25,437 bases of DNA from a virus (taxonomy: Duplodnaviria; Caudoviricetes): positions 1 through 25,437 of IMG/VR virus record IMGVR_UViG_3300016467_000138, one strand, 5' to 3'. The position numbers were made by a program, and so were the translations under genes. The notes beneath the pieces are model-generated. The model was not told the origin of the DNA and searched no databases. It saw only the letters and a list, made by a program, of their open reading frames with translations. Position 1 is the stretch's first letter. The number at the start of each line of letters is the position of its first letter. Below, piece after piece: positions 7,697 to 15,994 of the stretch.

Positions 7697-8653
7697 ATGT
7701 CTTTCAACGTCTCTACAGCGTTCGTTCAGCAGTACAGCACGAACGTCCAAATGCTCCTGCAGCAGCAGGGCTCGCGCATCCGCAATGCGGTGCAAAACTT
7801 CCGCTTCCAGGGCAAGGCCGCCTCGATGGCCGAGCAGTTCGGCGCCGTCTCCCCGGTCCGCAACCAGTCTCGTCACAGCGACACGCCTCTGATCAGCACC
7901 CCCCAGGACAAGCGTTGGATCTACCCCAACGACTACGACTGGGCCGACCTGATCGACAGCCAGGACAAGCTGCGCATGCTGATCGACCCGACCAGCTCCT
8001 ATGCGATGGCTGGCGCCTGGGCCATGGGCCGCGCTATCGATGACGAAATCATCGCTGGCGTCTTCGGCAGCAACAACACCGGCGAAAACGGCACCTCCGC
8101 CACCGGCACGCTCTACGCCTACAACAGCAACAGCCAGTCTGTCGCTGCCACGGTGGGTGCGAGCTCGGCAACGGGCCTGAACATCGCCAAGCTGCGCGCC
8201 GCCAAGAAGATCCTGTTGCAGGCCGAAGTCGATGTCGACAACGACCCCCTGTACATGGTCATCACCGCCAAGCAGCACGACGACCTGCTGAACGAAGCCC
8301 AGGCCATCAGCCTCGACTACAACACCCGCCCCGTGCTGGTGGACGGTCGCATCACCTCGTTCATGGGTTTCAACTTCATCCACAGCGAGCGCATCCCCGG
8401 TGGTGCCTCGTTCAACGCGGCCATCAACAATGGCCTGTCGTCCGCTGACAGCGACGGCAGCTATGTGACCGGCTCGCGTTGGATGGTTCCCTTCTTCGCC
8501 AAGTCTGGCGTTGCTCTGGGCATGTGGAACGACGTGACGACCTCGATCGACCGTCGCGCTGACAAGCGCAATTCCTACCAGGTGTACGTTACCGGCACGT
8601 TCGGTGGCGCTCGCATGGAAGAGAAGCGCGTTGGCCTGATCAACTGCAAGTAA
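7697..8653 (+). CDS. Major capsid protein (BPP-1/epsilon15-type HK97 fold)
   Basis: 318 aa; 'AFVQQY..NVQMLLQQQGSRIR', 'WADLID.QDKLRMLIDPTSSY', 'AMGRAIDDEII', 'FMGFNF', 'GARMEEKRV'. Confidence 0.92.
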   Translation: MSFNVSTAFVQQYSTNVQMLLQQQGSRIRNAVQNFRFQGKAASMAEQFGAVSPVRNQSRHSDTPLISTPQDKRWIYPNDYDWADLIDSQDKLRMLIDPTSSYAMAGAWAMGRAIDDEIIAGVFGSNNTGENGTSATGTLYAYNSNSQSVAATVGASSATGLNIAKLRAAKKILLQAEVDVDNDPLYMVITAKQHDDLLNEAQAISLDYNTRPVLVDGRITSFMGFNFIHSERIPGGASFNAAINNGLSSADSDGSYVTGSRWMVPFFAKSGVALGMWNDVTTSIDRRADKRNSYQVYVTGTFGGARMEEKRVGLINCK

Positions 8654-8666
8654 GGAGTTCTGAACC

Positions 8667-9116
8667 ATGGCCCAATATCTGAGCAACGAACTGGCCGGCA
8701 CCACCACCGGCCTCACCACCGCAGCTGCTGCCGGTGTCCGTCCTGCCGCTTCGGTCTACGGCGCACGCATGAAGCGCTTCCGCGCTACCGTGACGTACGC
8801 TGGCCAGACCACCAGCGACACGATCCTGTTGGCCTCCGTGCCCGCTGGTTTCACCTTTTCCCATGGCGTGTTGAACGCAGACACCTCGTCTGGCTCGACC
8901 ACCCTGGCGATCGGCACCAGCGGCTCCACCGCCAAGTATCGTGCTGCTGGCGCGTTCACCTCCACCGACACGCCTACCATCTTTGGTAAGGCTGCTGTGG
9001 CTGGTGCTGCCAGCCCGCTGTCCGACACTGAGAACATCATCCTGACCCTGGCTGCTGCGACCGCTCCGTCGTCCGGCACCTTGATCGTGGATCTGTACTT
9101 CAGCGGGCCGAACTAA
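8667..9116 (+). CDS. Putative capsid decoration/cement protein
   Basis: 149 aa, Ala/Thr/Gly-rich, beta-strand-like; TAAGGAG RBS; directly after the capsid gene and before the terminator. Confidence 0.65.
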   Translation: MAQYLSNELAGTTTGLTTAAAAGVRPAASVYGARMKRFRATVTYAGQTTSDTILLASVPAGFTFSHGVLNADTSSGSTTLAIGTSGSTAKYRAAGAFTSTDTPTIFGKAAVAGAASPLSDTENIILTLAAATAPSSGTLIVDLYFSGPN

Positions 9117-9126
9117 TCGGCACGGT

Positions 9127-9160
9127 AAGGGGCTGGGGTGACCCGGCCCCTTCTTCCATT
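9127..9160 (+). terminator. Probable intrinsic terminator/attenuator after capsid and decoration genes
   Basis: 11-bp stem AAGGGGCTGGG / CCCGGCCCCTT (one G-U pair), GTGA loop, weak pyrimidine tail TTCTTCCATT. Confidence 0.7.
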
Positions 9161-9174
9161 CTCAGGAGATCATC

Positions 9175-9363
9175 ATGGCTGCTTACTATTTCGGCATCAA
9201 CAACGGCGAGAACGAATACGGCGCCGTGGGTCAATCGACTGACCCGACCAAAGACATAGAGATCGTCATTCCCGACACGACCAAAGTGCCCAGCGTTGCT
9301 GAGCTGGTGTTGGCTATTGAAAAGCTCCAAAACTTTATCTTGCGAACCGGCAAGGCCTGGTAA
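9175..9363 (+). CDS. Hypothetical virion-associated protein (62 aa)
   Basis: AGGAG RBS; within the structural operon. Confidence 0.7.
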   Translation: MAAYYFGINNGENEYGAVGQSTDPTKDIEIVIPDTTKVPSVAELVLAIEKLQNFILRTGKAW

Positions 9364-9373
9364 GGAGTAGATC

Positions 9374-9664
9374 ATGCGCGGCTATCGTGTTGACCTACTC
9401 TCCAATGCCAGCGCGACTGGCTCGGACCTGACATGGCCTGGCGGCCGTGGCACGTTCCTGGTCGCTGGCACGTTTGGCGGCTCAGTCGTCAAGCTGCAAG
9501 TGCTCGGCCCTGATGGCTCGACCTACATCGACGCCGGCGCCTACACCACGCTGACGGCTGCTGGCGCTGGCAACTTCGACCTGCCCCAGGGCAAGATCCG
9601 CGCTGCCGTTGTCGGTGGCTCGCCGTCTGGCCTCTACGCTGTCGCTGTGACCGTCGATCTGTAA
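9374..9664 (+). CDS. Small beta-rich putative structural protein (96 aa)
   Basis: TAAGGAG RBS; 'GTFGGSVVKLQVLGPDGSTYID' pattern typical of small jelly-roll spike-base proteins. Confidence 0.7.
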   Translation: MRGYRVDLLSNASATGSDLTWPGGRGTFLVAGTFGGSVVKLQVLGPDGSTYIDAGAYTTLTAAGAGNFDLPQGKIRAAVVGGSPSGLYAVAVTVDL

Positions 9665-9676
9665 AGGGCGCCCGCC

Positions 9677-10012
9677 ATGCTGCCGATCACCAGTCCGGTC
9701 ACGATGCCGGTGACGTTCGGCGTCACGGGCCCTGATCGCTCCGACATTTCCATCCTGGTCTTCGGGCCGTCGCTGCTGCTCGACTTTGTGGCGACGGGCT
9801 TTAACCCGCCCGACACGTACCAGACCGGGTCGATGGACCTCAACTTCCTGACCAACGTCTATGTGACGGCCTTCACGCCTGACCCAGTGTTTGGCTACAC
9901 GGACGCGTCCAACAACCAGACGCTGGATCTCAACTTCACCACCTACGCCTACCAACAGGCTGTGGGCTCCGACCCTGCTTACGGCCCGGGTCAATACTTT
10001 GTCGCGGGGTAA
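9677..10012 (+). CDS. Hypothetical protein with three xLDLNF-like motifs (putative head-fibre anchor part)
   Basis: 111 aa; SLLLDF, SMDLNF, TLDLNF; GC3-rich codons. Confidence 0.7.
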   Translation: MLPITSPVTMPVTFGVTGPDRSDISILVFGPSLLLDFVATGFNPPDTYQTGSMDLNFLTNVYVTAFTPDPVFGYTDASNNQTLDLNFTTYAYQQAVGSDPAYGPGQYFVAG

Positions 10013-10017
10013 CAACC

Positions 10018-11712
10018 ATGGGACTGATCTCCAAAGCCTTTTCTGACATCATCACGTTTTCGCGTTCAAGCAACGCCACCCGCGTCGGTCCTGACGGCAC
10101 GGTGCAGTACGCTCCGCACAACCTGCTGACCTATTCGGCACAGTTCGAAAATGCTGCATGGACAAAATCAGCAAGCTCAGTTTCTAGTAACGTCGTAGCC
10201 GCTCCAGATGGAACTGTTACAGCGGATAAAGTGATAGAAGCGGCGTCAAGCCTTGACCATGCCGTTTATCAAACGCCAACAGTTTCAGCTGTTACGTATA
10301 CGTTGTCTGTGTATGCCAAAGCAGCCGAAAGGACACAAGTTTTATTAGACTTTAGTGGCGGAACCAATTTTGGGGCGTTTAATTTAACTGCTGGAACAGT
10401 TGTTTCTACTGCTGGCACGGGTCTGACAGCATCCATTCAAAACGTTGGAAACGGCTGGTATCGGTGTTCAATTACACAGCCTCAAAGTGCAGGTACGTTA
10501 TACCCTTCAGTGGGTCCGGCTGTTGCAGGTGCACGGGTTTACGCAGGTGATGGCACCAGCGGCGTCTACATTTGGGGAGCCCAGTTCTCTCAAGGCTCTA
10601 TTGCAGGCGACTATACTCCCACGACCTCTGCTGCCGTCTACGGTCCTCGCTTCGACTACGACCCGCAGACCTATGCCGCAAAGGGTTTGCTCATCGAGGA
10701 GCAGCGCACGAACCTAGTGACATACAGCGAGCAGTTCGATAACGCGAACTGGGTTAAATATAATGCGACCATTACTGCCAACGCTGCAATCTCTCCAGAT
10801 GGCACGACGACAGCAGATTTGCTTGCGGAAAACACTGCAACCGACGTCCATGTAATGTACCAATCAGTTGGCGTAACAAGTGGAACCGCATACGCGTGGT
10901 CAGGGCATCTAAAGGCGGCAGGTCGAAACATTGTTAAGCTCACCTGCCAAGCAACTGCGGTTATCTATGCCGTTGAATTTAATCTATCAACGGGTACTAG
11001 CACAAATATTTCAGGATCTGGAACTGCCACTATTACTGCAATGGGCAACGGGTGGTATCGAATTACTGCGTCTGCAACCGCCTCTGGATCAGGAACTGGT
11101 TTTTGGCAACTCGACCTTGGAAGCGCCCCAAATACATACAGTTATACCGGAAACGGCTCAAGCGGCGTCTACGTTTGGGGCGCTCAACTTGAGGCAGGCG
11201 CTTTCGCCACCAGCTACATCCCCACGATCGCCTCCTCAGTAACTCGCTCGGCTGATGTGGCTTCGGTCAATACGCTGTCGCCTTGGTTCAATGCGACTGA
11301 GGGGACGCTATTTGTTGAAGCGTCAAACGTCAAAGGCGTGTATCCTCATCTTGCCGGTTTGGAAACAGATGCGAACAATGCAATTTGGTCTTACGCGCAA
11401 GAAGCGAGTAGCACAACACGGTACGGCAACTTGGACGCCGTAAGTGGAGGAACGTTATCCGTATCAATAAACACGGCAGCTGCCGCAGTTACAACTATCA
11501 AGCAGGCAGCGGCCTACAAAGCAAATGATTTTGCTGTATGTGTAAATGCTGGAACCATTGTTATCGACACTTCTGCAACGGTTCCATCGGTTACCAAGTT
11601 ACAGATTGGAACACGAACTGCAACTCAGTATTGGCTGAACGGATACATCCGACGTCTGGCCTACTACCCGCGCCGCCTGACCAACGCAGAGCTGCGAGCA
11701 TTGACCGCATAA
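10018..11712 (+). CDS. Head spike/fibre protein with two tandem carbohydrate-binding-like modules and a C-terminal LamG/ConA-like domain
   Basis: 'ITFSRSSNAT', 'PRFDYDP...KGLLIEEQRTNL', duplicated 'NLxTYS.QF.NA.W...PDGT.TAD...GNGWYR...GVY.WGAQ', 'TSYIPT...VTRSAD', C-terminal 'LNGYIRRLAYYPRRLTNAELRALT'. Confidence 0.8.
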   Translation: MGLISKAFSDIITFSRSSNATRVGPDGTVQYAPHNLLTYSAQFENAAWTKSASSVSSNVVAAPDGTVTADKVIEAASSLDHAVYQTPTVSAVTYTLSVYAKAAERTQVLLDFSGGTNFGAFNLTAGTVVSTAGTGLTASIQNVGNGWYRCSITQPQSAGTLYPSVGPAVAGARVYAGDGTSGVYIWGAQFSQGSIAGDYTPTTSAAVYGPRFDYDPQTYAAKGLLIEEQRTNLVTYSEQFDNANWVKYNATITANAAISPDGTTTADLLAENTATDVHVMYQSVGVTSGTAYAWSGHLKAAGRNIVKLTCQATAVIYAVEFNLSTGTSTNISGSGTATITAMGNGWYRITASATASGSGTGFWQLDLGSAPNTYSYTGNGSSGVYVWGAQLEAGAFATSYIPTIASSVTRSADVASVNTLSPWFNATEGTLFVEASNVKGVYPHLAGLETDANNAIWSYAQEASSTTRYGNLDAVSGGTLSVSINTAAAAVTTIKQAAAYKANDFAVCVNAGTIVIDTSATVPSVTKLQIGTRTATQYWLNGYIRRLAYYPRRLTNAELRALTA

Positions 11713-11719
11713 GGAGCAC

Positions 11720-12121
11720 ATGATGGACGAAGTTATCACCCAAGACGCACCCGTACCCGAGCTGCCCGTGGCGCCCGCCAAGCCGCTGTTCAACGACTAC
11801 TACCTGAAGTTCGACAACGAGGATGCGGCCAACGCTGCCCTCGTCGCTGCCGGCGTCCTGGTGCAGGTCGATGCGGTGCTGGACGAGAACGAGCAGGTGA
11901 TCCAGCCTGCTGGCTTCGCGCCCGCCACCGGCGTCTCTGTCGATGTGATCGGCGTGATCCACAAGCCCACCGGCAACATGATCGCCACCATCGAGATGGG
12001 CGAAGTGCCCGAGATGGCCGCCGTACCTGGCTGGCACGTCAACGTGCGCGCCTCTGCCGAAATCGAAGCCCTGAAGCAATACGACATCGCCCCGGCCACT
12101 CCCGCACGCGTCTGGGCATAA
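11720..12121 (+). CDS. Hypothetical protein following head fibre (possible chaperone/partner)
   Basis: TAAGGAG RBS; 'YLKF', 'DVIGVIHKPTG', 'GWHVNVR', 'PATPARVWA'. Confidence 0.75.
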   Translation: MMDEVITQDAPVPELPVAPAKPLFNDYYLKFDNEDAANAALVAAGVLVQVDAVLDENEQVIQPAGFAPATGVSVDVIGVIHKPTGNMIATIEMGEVPEMAAVPGWHVNVRASAEIEALKQYDIAPATPARVWA

Positions 12122-12130
12122 GGAGCAGCG

Positions 12131-12730
12131 ATGGCCTCAGTCATCCAGGTTGCAAACCGCGCACTGACCAAGCTCGGGTCCGCTCGCATCACTTCTCTTG
12201 CTGATGACGTGAAGGGCGCCCGGGCGATCGCGTCATGCTTCGATGATCTGCGTGACGACGAGATGCGGGCCCACCGCTGGCAGTTCACGCTCAAGCGCAC
12301 CAGCCTGGCGGCGATGAGCACGGCGCCGGCGTTCGGCTACCAGTACCAGTACCAAGTGCCTGCCGACTTCCTGAAGATCGACATGGTCAACGACGAGTTC
12401 CCCTCGGCCGTGATGGACAACTACATCGGCGCCGAGGTGCTGGACTGGGTGCTTGAGAACAACCTCATCCTGACCGGCATGGGCGCGCCTCTCAAGCTGC
12501 GCTACATCGCCAGGATCGAAGACCCCAACAGCTGGGACGTTAACTTCCGCGAGGCCCTGGCGTCTCGCATCGCCATGGAGCTCGCCGAGGATCTGACGCA
12601 GTCCAACGAGAAAAAGCGCGCAGCCGCTGACGACTATGCCCGCGCCATCAAGCAGGCCGTGCGCAGCAACGCCATCGAGCGCCTGCCTGTGCAGCCGCCG
12701 GATGACCAGTGGGTCGTCTCTAGGATCTGA
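12131..12730 (+). CDS. Tail tubular protein A / adaptor (T7 gp11-like)
   Basis: 'VANRALTKLG', 'HRWQFTLKR', 'YQYQVPADFL', 'LRYI', 'FREALASRIAMELA'; size and synteny fit. Confidence 0.85.
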   Translation: MASVIQVANRALTKLGSARITSLADDVKGARAIASCFDDLRDDEMRAHRWQFTLKRTSLAAMSTAPAFGYQYQYQVPADFLKIDMVNDEFPSAVMDNYIGAEVLDWVLENNLILTGMGAPLKLRYIARIEDPNSWDVNFREALASRIAMELAEDLTQSNEKKRAAADDYARAIKQAVRSNAIERLPVQPPDDQWVVSRI

Positions 12731-12732
12731 CC

Positions 12733-15021
12733 ATGCCCAAGGCTTCACCGCTTCGCTCATCGTTCAACGCAGGCGAGCTGTCGCCGCTCATGGCCGGCCG
12801 CCCTGACGTGGCCAAATACGCCAACGGCTGCGAGCTGCTCGAGAACTTCATCCCGACCGTGCAAGGCCCGGCTGTGCGTCGCGCCGGCACGCGCTTTGTG
12901 TCCGAGGTAAAAGACAGCGCCGATCGCACCTGGCTGGCCCGGTTCGAGTTCAACACGGCCCAGGCCTATGTGCTCGAGTTCGGCGACCAGTACATTCGCT
13001 TTTACACCAACCACGGCGTGCTGCTGTCCGGCGGCGTGCCCTACGAGATCGCCTCGCCCTATGCCATTGCCGACCTGACCGACGCCACCGATGGCACGTT
13101 CCGGCTCGACATGGTGCAGTCCGGCGACGTGATCTACATCGCGCACCCGAGCTACCCGCTGCAAAAGCTCTCGCGCCTGGGCAACACCAACTGGACGATC
13201 GCCGCGGCTCCGCTGGCCAATGGCCCGTTCAAGACCGAGAACGTCACCCGCTCGACGACCGTCTACGCCAGCGCAACAAGTGGCAGCGTGACGCTGACAG
13301 CGAGCTCTGGAATTTTCACGTCTGCAATGGTTGGCTCGTTTGTGTACCTGGAGCCCGCGGATCTATCGTCGGTTAAACCCTGGACAGCAGGCCAAGAAAC
13401 AGCGCATCCGACAAGTCCGTATCTCACGTATCGTAGAAGTGATGGGAAAACCTATCAGTGCATGACAACCGGTGCTCCAACGACCGGAAAAGTTTGGCGC
13501 ACTGGACCTGACAAACCGATTCACACCTATGGCACTGTGGCCGATGGCGATTATGGCGGCATCAACGGCACCAACGTCGAGCGCCAGGGCTTGGATTGGC
13601 TGTTCGTCGATTCGGGCTTTGGCTACGTCAAGATCACCGGCTTCACCAGCTCGACCGTAGTCACGGCAACTGTGCAGGGCAACAACCCGCTGCCGGCCGG
13701 CGTCGTCGGATCTGGCAACGCGACGTTCCGCTGGGCCATGGGCGCGTTTTCTGGGGCCGAGGGATACCCGAGCAAGGTCACGTTCTTCCGCGAGCGCCTG
13801 ACGCTGGCCAAGGGCCAGGAGCTGTTCTTTTCCTGCGCCGGCGATTTCGAGAATTTCGCCAGCAAGGACGACAGCGGCCAGGTGGTGGCAGATCGCGCCA
13901 TCAAAGTCACGATCTCGTCCGACCAGGTCAACCAGGTGCAGTGGCTGGCGCCCACGCAGGCGCTGATCATTGGCACGTCTGGCGGCGAGTTCGCTTGCGC
14001 TGAGAACTCGACCAGCGAGGCGTTCGCGCCTGGCAACGTCAAGATCGAGCAGCAGACCTCTGAGGGCTCCCGCAGCGTCGTTCCCGTGCGCGTGGGCTAT
14101 TCCACCCTGATGGTTCAGGCATCCGGCCGCAAGGTCAAAGAGGTGGCCTACAACCTGCAGCAGAATGGCTACGTGACCAACGACGTCACCATCCTGGCCG
14201 AGCACATCACCCTGGGCGGCATCGTGCAGACGAGCTGGCACAAGGAACCCTACGTGGCCATGTGGTCGGCACGCGCCGACGGCCTGCTTCTGGGTTTTAC
14301 GTTCAACAAGGAGCAGGACGTCGTGGGCTGGCATCGCCACCCGATCGGCGGCTCTGGCGTCGTCGAGTCAGTCTGCGTGATCCCCTCGCCCGATCGCAGC
14401 CGCGACGAGCTGTGGATCATTGTGCGCCGCACCATCAATGGCGCGACCAAGCGATACGTCGAATATCTCGAGCGCGAATATCAAGACGGCGACGCCCAAA
14501 GCAGCTGCTTCTACGTCGACAGCGGCCTGACCTACAACGGCTCGCCGGCTACGACGATCTCCGGCCTGACGCACCTGGAAGGCAAGACCGTGCAAGTTCT
14601 GACCGATGGCGCAGCGCACCCCGATCGCGTGGTGACGTCTGGCGCAATCACCTTGCAACGCGCATCCAGCGTCGTGCAGGTCGGCCTGGCCTGCCCGGCT
14701 GTTCTGAAGGCCACGCGCATTGAGGCTGGCGCCGGTGACGGCACGGCCCAGGGCAAGACAAAACGCATCACAAAAGTGGTGTTCCGGTTCTACAATACGC
14801 TCGGTGCAAAGGTCGGTCCTGACGCGGACAACCTGGACGACATCCAGTTCCGCAAACCGTCCGACCCGATGAACCAGGCGCCGCCGTTATTCACTGGTGA
14901 CAAGCTCGTAGATTGGCCCGGTGGTTACGATTTCGACGGCTATGTGATGGTAAGGCAAGAGCAACCACTGCCGATGACGCTGGTGGCCATCATGCCGCAA
15001 GTTCATACCTTCGATCGATGA
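12733..15021 (+). CDS. Tail tubular protein B / nozzle (T7 gp12-like)
   Basis: 762 aa; 'SFNAGELSP', 'NFIPTVQGPAVRRAGTRFV', 'QSGDVIYIAH', 'GYPSKVTFFRERL', 'VGWHRH', 'QPLPMTL'. Confidence 0.88.
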   Translation: MPKASPLRSSFNAGELSPLMAGRPDVAKYANGCELLENFIPTVQGPAVRRAGTRFVSEVKDSADRTWLARFEFNTAQAYVLEFGDQYIRFYTNHGVLLSGGVPYEIASPYAIADLTDATDGTFRLDMVQSGDVIYIAHPSYPLQKLSRLGNTNWTIAAAPLANGPFKTENVTRSTTVYASATSGSVTLTASSGIFTSAMVGSFVYLEPADLSSVKPWTAGQETAHPTSPYLTYRRSDGKTYQCMTTGAPTTGKVWRTGPDKPIHTYGTVADGDYGGINGTNVERQGLDWLFVDSGFGYVKITGFTSSTVVTATVQGNNPLPAGVVGSGNATFRWAMGAFSGAEGYPSKVTFFRERLTLAKGQELFFSCAGDFENFASKDDSGQVVADRAIKVTISSDQVNQVQWLAPTQALIIGTSGGEFACAENSTSEAFAPGNVKIEQQTSEGSRSVVPVRVGYSTLMVQASGRKVKEVAYNLQQNGYVTNDVTILAEHITLGGIVQTSWHKEPYVAMWSARADGLLLGFTFNKEQDVVGWHRHPIGGSGVVESVCVIPSPDRSRDELWIIVRRTINGATKRYVEYLEREYQDGDAQSSCFYVDSGLTYNGSPATTISGLTHLEGKTVQVLTDGAAHPDRVVTSGAITLQRASSVVQVGLACPAVLKATRIEAGAGDGTAQGKTKRITKVVFRFYNTLGAKVGPDADNLDDIQFRKPSDPMNQAPPLFTGDKLVDWPGGYDFDGYVMVRQEQPLPMTLVAIMPQVHTFDR

Positions 15022-15443
15022 GGATTGTCCCTTTTGAACCCGACCACCTAAACCGACTATTGCTCCAACCCAGCCAGGCCATCATGCAACCGACCTTGTC
15101 CAAACCCGAATATGCCGAGAGCCTGTACCGAGCAGGCCCCGCGTATTCGCTTGTGGACGGTGATGCGGTTTACGCATCGATGGGGCTGATCCCGCAATGG
15201 GAGGGCCGTGCGTTGGCTTGGGGCCTGATCAGCGCAGAGTCTGGTCCGCACTTCATCAAGATCCACAAGGCCGTGCGTCGCACGATGACCATTCACCCAT
15301 ACCGTCGCATCGAGACGGCCGTCGCCTGCGATTTCGCGCAGGGCCATCGCTGGGCAACCATGCTTGGCTTTGAGCGAGAGGGGCGCATGCGCGCTTACAC
15401 GCCAGACGGCCGCGACTGCGATCTCTACGCGAGGATTCACTGA
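15018..15443 (+). CDS. GNAT-fold acetyltransferase-like virion-module protein (141 aa)
   Basis: ATGA overlap with the tube B stop; 'RRIETAVACDFAQGHRWATMLGFEREGRMRAY' resembles a RimJ/RimL-type C-terminal motif; T7 gp13-like position. Confidence 0.7.
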   Translation: MRIVPFEPDHLNRLLLQPSQAIMQPTLSKPEYAESLYRAGPAYSLVDGDAVYASMGLIPQWEGRALAWGLISAESGPHFIKIHKAVRRTMTIHPYRRIETAVACDFAQGHRWATMLGFEREGRMRAYTPDGRDCDLYARIH

Positions 15444-15994
15444 TGGAAGCATTTGCCCTTCTTGGCGGCGCCATGGGCGCAGGTGGCGCAACAGCAGGTC
15501 TGGCTGGCCTGTCCGCCTTCTCGACGGCTGTCTCTGTCATTGGCGCCATGCAGCAGGCCGATGCTGCAGAGGCGAGCGCACGCGCACAAGCCCAGCAACA
15601 GGAATACAACGCCACGGTGGCGCGCAACAACGCCAAGGTGGCGGCCGACCAGGCCAACGCAGCCGAAGAGCAACAGCGCCGTCGCTTCAACGCGTTGCAG
15701 GGCCAGGCCATTGCAGGCATCGCCCAGTCCGGCACCGGTTTTGACGGCTCGAACCTCGACCTGCTGAAACAAAACGCGGTCAACAACGAGCTCGACGCGC
15801 TGACCATTCGATACGAAGGGCAGAACAAGGCGGCCGGCCTGATTGCTCAGTCCGAACAGGATATGTACGGCGCCAACGTCAGCCGCATGAACGCATCCAC
15901 TGCGCGCACCGCCGGCTACTTCAACGCCGGCACAAATCTGCTTTCCGGCATGAGCCGCTACCAATACGCCCGCGCTGGCATCAAGGAGGCGTGA
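15443..15994 (+). CDS. Internal virion / ejection protein (T7 gp14-like)
   Basis: Hydrophobic Gly/Ala N-terminus then Gln/Ala coiled coil, 'GQAIAGIAQSG...GS.LD'; TGATG coupling on both sides. Confidence 0.75.
   Translation: MEAFALLGGAMGAGGATAGLAGLSAFSTAVSVIGAMQQADAAEASARAQAQQQEYNATVARNNAKVAADQANAAEEQQRRRFNALQGQAIAGIAQSGTGFDGSNLDLLKQNAVNNELDALTIRYEGQNKAAGLIAQSEQDMYGANVSRMNASTARTAGYFNAGTNLLSGMSRYQYARAGIKEA

Noticed and set aside
8630-8670. T7 10A/10B-style capsid frameshift or read-through
   Set aside because: No slippery sequence near the capsid stop, and the next gene has its own strong TAAGGAG RBS.
14913-15017. Upstream start for the GNAT-like ORF
   Set aside because: Lies within the tube B gene; ATG 15018 gives a standard ATGA overlap.
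1262-15990. 14-bp match GGCATCAAGGAGGC at 1262-1275 and 15977-15990
   Set aside because: Half of it is the Shine-Dalgarno sequence; convergence at coupled gene ends explains it and it does not bound a coherent element.
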